NCBI GenBank assembly: GCA_963702895.1
Contig: OY969767.1
Coordinates: forward strand, 1,536,001-1,600,000
Origin: an uncultured Elusimicrobia bacterium
GTDB taxonomy: Bacteria; Elusimicrobiota; Elusimicrobia; 2-01-FULL-59-12
Reading direction: 5' to 3'
Length of the DNA stretch: 64,000 bases
Position 1 is the first letter of the stretch. Each line of letters begins with the position of its first letter. This document shows, piece after piece, positions 58,030 to 64,000 of this stretch. The notes under the pieces were generated by a model. It saw only the letters and a program-made list of their open reading frames with translations, was not told the DNA's origin and ran no database searches. The position numbers and the translations under genes are program-made.

Positions 58030-58686
58030 TTAACGGGCGGGCAAGAGCCCCGCGGAGGCGGCTTCTTCGACACAACGTTTGGCGATGAGTTTTTGGACTT
58101 TGCTGGTAGGCAAATCGTGAGGAATTTTCACGGGGACAGTGTTGTGCCACTGCAGATGGCCCGTCGACGTTCGGTAAACGCTCATGCCCACCTTCATCAT
58201 CTGGTAGCCCGTCTGACCGCTTGACCCAGGGATCGGCTGTCTCCCCGGGGCTCTGGGCATTGTTTCCACATACGTCTCTCCCTTCACGGGCTCGATGAGG
58301 ATCGGCTCTGCTCCCGGTGCCTGCGGAACGGCTTGGGATTTCAAAAAGTCTTCGAAAGAAGCAGGCGTCTTGCGGCTCGGCATTCGGATGTTTCGTTGCG
58401 TGCGCAGCACAAGGATAGAATCAAAAAGCTCTTTCTTTAATTGATTTTGTATCTCCGAGGGCTTCCAGGTCTTCTCAGACGGAAAGAGGGTCTCATAGGA
58501 AGCCGACTCCACTTGCCGGCCGGCCAGAAGCGCGCGCACTTCAAGCTCCGTATCACGGACGACTTTCGGGTCATTCCCTACGACCATGACCGCGACTTTC
58601 TGCAGCGGCCCGGAGTCATTCGAAACGGCTGCCCCCATGGGGCGGGCCAGAGCGCTGACCAGGATCAAAAGGAAGACCTTTTTCAT
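58030..58686 (-). CDS. Exported protein, distant DUF4136-like paralog
   Basis: Signal peptide; KVAVMVV, SYE..P, FDSILV, VYRTSTGHLQW. Confidence 0.6.
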   Translation of the reverse strand: MKKVFLLILVSALARPMGAAVSNDSGPLQKVAVMVVGNDPKVVRDTELEVRALLAGRQVESASYETLFPSEKTWKPSEIQNQLKKELFDSILVLRTQRNIRMPSRKTPASFEDFLKSQAVPQAPGAEPILIEPVKGETYVETMPRAPGRQPIPGSSGQTGYQMMKVGMSVYRTSTGHLQWHNTVPVKIPHDLPTSKVQKLIAKRCVEEAASAGLLPAR

Positions 58687-59027
58687 GGTTGGGGAGCAGA
58701 GCTCTTTTCGGGTTCCATGACCGCGCAGCCAACATTGCCTTCCTGGCACCAGATCACAAGCGTCTTGTTTTCACCACACCCAGACACAAGAATGGAGTAT
58801 TTCGCCTGACGACCACTGCCCGTCCAGGCAGCCTGACCGACGGGAGGTGTGGTGACTTCGCTGGTGATGACTTGGGTTTTGGGCGCTGGGCAGCGCCAGG
58901 TCAGCCTTGCCCTGTCCGTGGCTGCCTCCAAAGCGCTCGCTTCGTTGTCAATCAAAAGACGCGACTTGGTGGCGCAACCCGCCAGCAGCATCATTCCCAG
59001 AATCCCTATGTTGATGCGCTTGTCCAT
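58683..59027 (-). CDS. Small Cys-containing lipoprotein
   Basis: Lipobox LAGC; four further Cys. Confidence 0.68.
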   Translation of the reverse strand: MDKRINIGILGMMLLAGCATKSRLLIDNEASALEAATDRARLTWRCPAPKTQVITSEVTTPPVGQAAWTGSGRQAKYSILVSGCGENKTLVIWCQEGNVGCAVMEPEKSSAPQP

Positions 59028-59039
59028 GTCTTGCCTTCC

Positions 59040-59435
59040 TTAATAGTCCGGCTGTATCGGAAGCGCTAAGAGTTTGTCGTAGTGTTTCCGGCATTCCGGA
59101 ATCAGTTGGTTCTTCCACGCCTTGAGGCACTTAATCCGGGCAAGCGCGTCCTGGGGTTCCATGGCGCAATAGTGCTGTATGTCCGGAGCGCAGGCGTTAC
59201 GCGCCCTCTGGACATGCTTATCGATCTTGGCGATGCTTTTTTGACAAGCGGGTGAGAGATCCTCGAGATGCTCGACCATACAGGTAAAGATTCTCCCCTT
59301 TCCGCGATCGATCGTTCCGCAAAGGTTGGCTTCATCCAAAATACAAGGGTCGGTCTGGGCGCGCGCCGGCGAACTCGCCAAGGCACCGAAGATCCCCAAG
59401 GACATCAGAAAGATTCGTACGCATTCCTTCTTCAT
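59040..59435 (-). CDS. Exported cysteine-rich repeat protein
   Basis: C..D...LC.....G.GRI..C......LS..C repeat twice; AAGGAGG RBS. Confidence 0.78.
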   Translation of the reverse strand: MKKECVRIFLMSLGIFGALASSPARAQTDPCILDEANLCGTIDRGKGRIFTCMVEHLEDLSPACQKSIAKIDKHVQRARNACAPDIQHYCAMEPQDALARIKCLKAWKNQLIPECRKHYDKLLALPIQPDY

Positions 59436-59534
59436 GATTAGGCCTCCTTCGTTCACGCCGGTATATTCTAGCCGAACAAGACACCGAACACCAGCGCTGT
59501 TTCCGAGCGCGGAGATTGCGGTAAAATGGCTCTC

Positions 59535-61544
59535 ATGAAGATACGCAGGTCCGTACAGCGCATCGTCGCCTTAACCGTTCTCTTCGGCCTCCCCTTGCTT
59601 GTGCTGATCGCCGGCATGATGTTGCCACACTTCCTGAAGTTGGAAACATACCGGCCCCTGATTGAGGAACAGCTCCGGGAAGCGAGCGGCCGTCATGTGA
59701 CGGTCGGCGCGCTTCGCGCGAGGCTCGTGCCGCCTGGCGTGACGGCAGAGAAGGTCGGGGTCTTCGAGCGCGAACCGCCTCAACGACCGATTGTGACCGC
59801 CGAGCGAGTCCGTTTACGCTTGCGTCTGCTGCCGCTTCTGAGCGGGAAGATTAGCCTTCATACAGCAGCCTTTGAGCGTCCTGTGCTCATTCTGTATACC
59901 GATCGCACACCCAGCGCTCCGGCTTTGAAGGCACAGGGTGCTGGACCGAGCCACCGTCCCTCCCTGCGGGCATTGATTCATCAGGGCACCATCGAGCTTC
60001 GTGGTTCACTTTTCGGTCAGACCGTGCGCTGGCCCGTTGACAATGTCGAAGGTGAAATGGAAACAACGAAACGGCGCATCACGCTTACGGCAAGGCCATC
60101 GTTTCTCGGACGATCGGCGCGCCTGGTCGTCACCTTGGATCCCGAGGCCGAGGAGTCCTTTTATGCCGAGCTCAAAAATGCCAATCTCGATTCTCTCTTT
60201 GCGGTCCTCGGATCAACGCAGGCGGCTCCCTGGACCGGATCGACCCTCGACGCGCATGCCACGGCCCAGTGGCCGGATAAGAAGGGCATGGTGTTGTATC
60301 TGGATCGCCTTAGACTTTCCCCTCTCCCAGAGGCTTCGGCGCGAGGCAGTGTTCAGATTTCCACGACTTCCGTCAGCGGCAAGGTTCAGTTTGATGGGCT
60401 CGCCTCCACCATGACCCTACAAGGCAGATGGCGCTCACGCCGGTCGGGATGGGAAGCCACGGCCAACGTGAGCGAGTATTCTCCAGAAGTGCTGCGTCTT
60501 TTGATGGACAACTATTGGGTCAAGGCTTTGGAAGGACCGGGATCGCTCATGCTCACGGTTGCTAAAAAAGGGTCGAAGGCGCCGCAATACTCCCTCAAGG
60601 GATCCAGTTTTACATTCACCGGAAGCCGGCTGCTGGTCCCTTCCTGGTGGGCTTCCGATGATGGAGCGGGACTTCAGGTGGGAGTCGAGGCCAAGACGCC
60701 GGAAGGGGACGGGAAGGTCGAGGTCCGGTGGGCGCAAGCCTCTTCGTCCCCTTACGGGAACATTAGCATCGCGATGTCGACCGTCACGGTCGGGGACGTG
60801 TTCGATGTATTTTCCGTTCGCCCCTCGACGCCCCTAGGACTCGAACCCTGGCTGGTTCGGGAAGGACACTACACGGGACTTGTGCATGACGACGGACGGG
60901 TCGAGATTGAGAACACGCTCTTTGAGCTCCAGGAACTGCGTGTTGCAACCGCTGGCGAGATCGATCTGAGCACCTCGCCCGCCCTCGCACGATTCGAAGG
61001 GCAGCTCTCCAGAGTCAATTTATCTCCTGTTCTGGAAAGCCTCGGGGTGCGTCCTTCTCCCTTGTCGGGCCTTGCGAGTGCGGACTATTCGATCCAGTTT
61101 TCAGCCGATTCCCGGTGGCTCCAGAGCTTGAGTGGCCGAATCAGCACCCAAAGCCAGGATGGATTTTTGCGCGCTGGAAAATTGATCTACAAGATCGCGG
61201 GGGTGCTCAACCTCACCAACCTCGTCAAGTCATCGAACCAATCCAAGACCACCAAGGACGGGATTCCCTACCGCAGCGCCGCAGCGAGCGCAACGCTAAC
61301 CGATGGACTTCTGGACTGTGAGGACCTTAAGATCCGCACGCCCAATTACAACATCGGCGGCAAAGGGAAGGTAAATCTCCCCGAAAGCACCATCGACGCC
61401 AAGATCAAGCTGCAATTCCTGAATGTCCTCAAAGACAGCCTCAACGCGATCCCACTTGTCAAACGCGTCATAACGCCGGACACGGGGCTCCTCGAAGTGC
61501 CGGTGCGCCTGCGCGGCAAACTGGACAATCCCGAGATCGACTAA
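59535..61544 (+). CDS. AsmA-family protein
   Basis: N-terminal TM, YRPLIEEQL..ASGR.V, LRLLPLLSGKI; C-terminal G.G.VNL, VPVRLRGKLDNP. Confidence 0.82.
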   Translation: MKIRRSVQRIVALTVLFGLPLLVLIAGMMLPHFLKLETYRPLIEEQLREASGRHVTVGALRARLVPPGVTAEKVGVFEREPPQRPIVTAERVRLRLRLLPLLSGKISLHTAAFERPVLILYTDRTPSAPALKAQGAGPSHRPSLRALIHQGTIELRGSLFGQTVRWPVDNVEGEMETTKRRITLTARPSFLGRSARLVVTLDPEAEESFYAELKNANLDSLFAVLGSTQAAPWTGSTLDAHATAQWPDKKGMVLYLDRLRLSPLPEASARGSVQISTTSVSGKVQFDGLASTMTLQGRWRSRRSGWEATANVSEYSPEVLRLLMDNYWVKALEGPGSLMLTVAKKGSKAPQYSLKGSSFTFTGSRLLVPSWWASDDGAGLQVGVEAKTPEGDGKVEVRWAQASSSPYGNISIAMSTVTVGDVFDVFSVRPSTPLGLEPWLVREGHYTGLVHDDGRVEIENTLFELQELRVATAGEIDLSTSPALARFEGQLSRVNLSPVLESLGVRPSPLSGLASADYSIQFSADSRWLQSLSGRISTQSQDGFLRAGKLIYKIAGVLNLTNLVKSSNQSKTTKDGIPYRSAAASATLTDGLLDCEDLKIRTPNYNIGGKGKVNLPESTIDAKIKLQFLNVLKDSLNAIPLVKRVITPDTGLLEVPVRLRGKLDNPEID

Positions 61545-61730
61545 CTTGCTTGGATCGGCGATGGGGCGTATCGGCGTCCCGGCGCATCACGGAACGGCCT
61601 TGTCACGTGAGCAAGGAATAGCGGCTCGCTGGCGTTGGCAGGCTACGCGAGTCGAAGACTGTAGTTTTTTGTGTGAAGTTTGCATTGCGTGTCGGCCCTT
61701 AGGCTGGTACTATTTAGGCACAGGACCATC

Positions 61731-62021
61731 ATGGACATCAACGAATTCTTGAAAGACAAAAGAGAAGGCATTCTCCGGATTGCCACAAAGCACGGAGCGC
61801 ACCATGTCCGCGTGATTGGTTCTGTTGCGCGAGGAGAAGCGCGTCCCGAGAGCGATATCGACCTTTTGGTGGAGCTGGATCCTGATCGGAGCTTGATGGA
61901 CCATGCGGCCCTCATGATTGAGCTTGAATCTTTTTTGGGACGGAAAGTCGATGTGGCCACCGAGCGCGGTATGCGTCCTCATATTCGTCAACATGTCATA
62001 CAGGACGCCATCCCCCTATGA
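61731..62021 (+). CDS. Minimal nucleotidyltransferase (MntA-type antitoxin)
   Basis: GSVARGEARPESDIDLLV (GS-x10-DxD), LGRKVDV. Confidence 0.92.
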   Translation: MDINEFLKDKREGILRIATKHGAHHVRVIGSVARGEARPESDIDLLVELDPDRSLMDHAALMIELESFLGRKVDVATERGMRPHIRQHVIQDAIPL

Positions 62022-62359
62022 GGCCTGATCGCGATCGGCTAGGAGATGTTTTGGAAGCCATTGAACGTATCGAGAAATACGTCGTTCACGGCAAGGCTCG
62101 GTTTCAAACAGACGAGCTCATTCAAAATTGGATCATTCATCACCTGCAAATCATCGGGGAAGCGTGCCGGGCTTTATCTCCCGATTTCCAGAAAGGCCAT
62201 CCTGAAGTGCCTTGGGCACAAATCGTCGGCATGCGCCACATTCTTGTCCATGACTATTTTGGGATTGATCTGGTTGAAGTGTGGAAAGCGGTCGAGCGCG
62301 ACTTGCCTATCCTCAAAACAAAAATCCAAGGCCTCGTCCATTCCTTACCGAAAAAATAA
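62018..62359 (+). CDS. HepT-like HEPN RNase toxin (DUF86)
   Basis: IIGEA, PEVPW, RHILVHDY (R-x4-H); 4-bp overlap with the MNT gene. Confidence 0.92.
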   Translation: MRPDRDRLGDVLEAIERIEKYVVHGKARFQTDELIQNWIIHHLQIIGEACRALSPDFQKGHPEVPWAQIVGMRHILVHDYFGIDLVEVWKAVERDLPILKTKIQGLVHSLPKK

Positions 62360-62361
62360 TC

Positions 62362-62576
62362 TCTTCGCTGTTTCGCCTGTTCACCCACTCTCTGATTCCC
62401 CGATTCGCCGACATGCCGGCTCGCCGATTCCCCGTTTCGCCGGTTCGGCAAAGGAAGATTGGCAAGAGAGATGACCGCAAAAATGCAGAGAGCAGAGATG
62501 AAACAAGAGAGCTGTTTATCAAGCGGCCGACGCTTGGAGGCCGAGCGCATTTCTGCTCTCTGCTTTCTGCTCTGCC
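62362..62576. repeat. Octamer (CGCCGATT-like) tract followed by an inverted heptamer (GCAGAGA/TCTCTGC) tract
   Basis: ccccgattcgccgacatgccggctcgccgattccccgtttcgccggttc; gcagagagcagagatg...ctgctctctgctttctgctctgc. Confidence 0.6.
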
Positions 62577-62582
62577 GTAAAA

Positions 62583-62718
62583 TGGTGGCAGGGGAGAGGA
62601 TCGTCCGCCACACAACAGGCGGACGCCCGACCGTCGTGTGTCGGGCGAACTCTCGACACCGAGCGCCACCACAACGCGGCGCTCGCCCGCCGGGCCCCAG
62701 TGGCGGGCGGTTTTTCAG
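62583..62718 (-). pseudogene. 3' half of tRNA-Phe (anticodon loop to CCA) interrupted by two twin-hairpin inserts
   Basis: Matches 63036-63080 after removing 62604-62647 and 62661-62708. Confidence 0.85.
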
Positions 62719-62806
62719 TCCCGTCCACTCTATAAGCGGCCTGAGGCCGCGTTCGATCGACGGGACAGCCCCGTCAATCACTGCATTTGCCGGGCGCGCT
62801 TAGATT

Positions 62807-63056
62807 TGGCAGGGGAGAGGATCGTCCGCCACACAACAGGCGGACGCCCGACCGTCGTGTGTCGGGCGAACTCTCGACTCATGATCTTCTGAACAGGACC
62901 ACGATCCTGCGCAAAGAAATGGTGGCAGGGGAGAGGATCGTCCGCCACACAACAGGCGGACGCCCGACCGTCGTGTGTCGGGCGAACTCTCGACTCATGA
63001 TCTTCTGAACAGGACCACGATCCTGCGCAAAGAAATGGTGGCAGGGGAGAGGATCG
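62807..63056 (-). repeat. Perfect 116-bp tandem repeat containing the tRNA-Phe T-arm/acceptor 3' strand with a 44-bp T-loop insert
   Basis: tggcaggggagaggatcg recurs at 62807, 62923 and 63039; the two units are identical. Confidence 0.95.
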
Positions 63057-63110
63057 AACTCTCGACACCTGGTTTTTCAGACCAGTGCTCTACCACTGAG
63101 CTACCCTGCC
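63036..63110 (-). tRNA. tRNA-Phe (GAA), CCA encoded
   Basis: GGCAGGG TAGCTCAGTGGTAGAGCA CTGGT CTGAAAA ACCAG GTGTC GAGAG TTCGATC CTCTC CCCTGCC ACCA folds as a cloverleaf. Confidence 0.97.
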
Positions 63111-63144
63111 GGAAAACCACGAATCATATGGCGCTTTGAAGAAG

Positions 63145-63474
63145 CTAGCTGAGGCGTTTTACCGCTGTTGATAGCGGCGCCAGTTTATGATCGATGATAT
63201 CCCAAATGATTACAACATCGACCCCAAAGTACTCATGAATCAGGATATCACGAAGGCCGGCGATCTTCTTCCAATCGACTTCCGGGGCGCTTTGGCGAAC
63301 GGCCTCCGGGATGTGTTTGACGGCTTCACCAATCACTTCCAGATTGCGCACGACAGCATCCAAAGTTTTCGCGTCGGCCGCCAGGGCCTCCTTGCTGAGA
63401 CCCTTGGTGAACGTCTAAATCTTGGTGATGGCCTCCAGGATGTCCTCGAGATAGACTTTATAATCCCTGGGCAT
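63145..63474 (-). pseudogene. HepT-like HEPN toxin (DUF86) with an in-frame TAG at codon 20
   Basis: MPRDYKVYLEDILEAITKI*TFTKG...[13 protein letters not shown]...RDILIHEY; stop at 63415-63417. Confidence 0.85.
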
Positions 63475-63757
63475 ACAAAGCTTCGGAAAGAATGGCCGGG
63501 CGCAACCGTGGCTTGATCGTGTTTTCTAACACCAGATCAACAGAATGTCCGAATAGCGTCTCGAGATAAAACTTCAAATCCATATAATTATCGAATGTCT
63601 TTTCTTTAAACTCCACGACAAAGTCGAGGTCGCTCTTATCGGTATTTTCCCCCCGCGCATACGAACCAAAGAGCCCCAGACGTTTCACTCGGTATTTCTG
63701 GAGCTCTTGCGTATGCTCTTCGAGCGTCTTCATGATTTCCTGCTGCTTCATTGGCAT
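63458..63757 (-). CDS. Minimal nucleotidyltransferase (MntA-type antitoxin)
   Basis: LFGSYARGENTDKSDLDFVV, LFGHSVDLV, IKPRL. Confidence 0.92.
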   Translation of the reverse strand: MPMKQQEIMKTLEEHTQELQKYRVKRLGLFGSYARGENTDKSDLDFVVEFKEKTFDNYMDLKFYLETLFGHSVDLVLENTIKPRLRPAILSEALYAQGL

Positions 63758-63849
63758 AAACTCATTATAGAAAATACGCGCGCGAGCTCTTGGGTTGACT
63801 CTGTTCCAGGCGACGCTCCCGGCCTACCGAGATCGTGTAAAATTTCAGT

Positions 63850-64000
63850 ATGAAGCTCCCCCCGCTCCCATCGATGAGGCGACTGCTGAAGGATTTGCCC
63901 ATCAATACGGTCTACCTGTTTGGGTCTGCCGCCAGGAATGAACGTGGCCCTTTGAGCGATTTTGACTTTGCGATTCAAACCGCACCCGGCTTGAGCGCGT
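63850..64000 (+). CDS. Third MNT-type nucleotidyltransferase, cut by the window end
   Basis: MKLPPLPSMRRLLKDLPINTVYLFGSAARNERGPLSDFDFAI; TAAAAT 6 nt upstream; not in the ORF track. Confidence 0.8.
   Translation, partial: MKLPPLPSMRRLLKDLPINTVYLFGSAARNERGPLSDFDFAIQTAPGLSA

Noticed and set aside
62604..62647. tRNA intron or split-tRNA gene
   Set aside because: The copies lack the 5' half, 44 nt is far too short for a group I or II intron, and an uninterrupted tRNA-Phe is adjacent
62583..63056. CRISPR array
   Set aside because: The repeats are tRNA-derived, the two tandem intervening sequences are identical rather than unique spacers, and no cas genes are present
62254..63068. ORFs spanning the tRNA repeat region
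   Set aside because: They are translations of the repeat units and low-complexity tracts
63415..63417. Amber recoding (pyrrolysine or alternative genetic code)
   Set aside because: TAG is the normal stop of several intact genes here (for example pldA, the aquaporin and fadL-like gene), and only one internal TAG was seen

Overview
This is a 64 kb accessory-rich chromosomal region from a GC-rich diderm bacterium. No rRNA, CRISPR array, integrase or intact transposase was seen. From left to right it holds: a PAS histidine kinase/NarL-type regulator pair; PAP2, GT4 and GH130 genes; two divergent AAA_14+DUF4143 ATPases; a lactonase fused to an outer-membrane barrel; an aquaporin; a redox/sulfurtransferase cluster (CoA-disulfide reductase-rhodanese, duplicated cupins, AhpD-like, two rhodaneses); FadL, a GH63 glucosidase and a glucose dehydrogenase; a truncated glycyl-radical enzyme, GDPD and an IS91-like remnant; a long block of outer-membrane and lipoprotein genes (two DUF3943-like, OMPLA, PlpD-type patatin, OmpA/MotB, DUF4136-like paralogs, AsmA); and a Ser-type sulfatase/anSME cluster interleaved with three more AAA_14+DUF4143 genes. 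It ends with tRNA-Phe(GAA), flanked by MNT/HEPN toxin-antitoxin genes. The most unusual signals are mostly non-coding. (1) A family of 36-60 bp twin-hairpin mini-inserts sits inside other structured sequences (the T-loop of tRNA-Phe 3' copies and REP-like stems of a MITE), several with an apparent CG duplication. (2) A 116-bp tandem array of modified tRNA-Phe 3' ends lies between HEPN/MNT modules. (3) An AAA_14+DUF4143 gene is bracketed by a duplicated 3' end of the anSME gene, like an integrase-free integration scar. (4) A candidate pseudoknot is present in both cupin leaders. Product calls come from motif recognition by eye, not from database searches.
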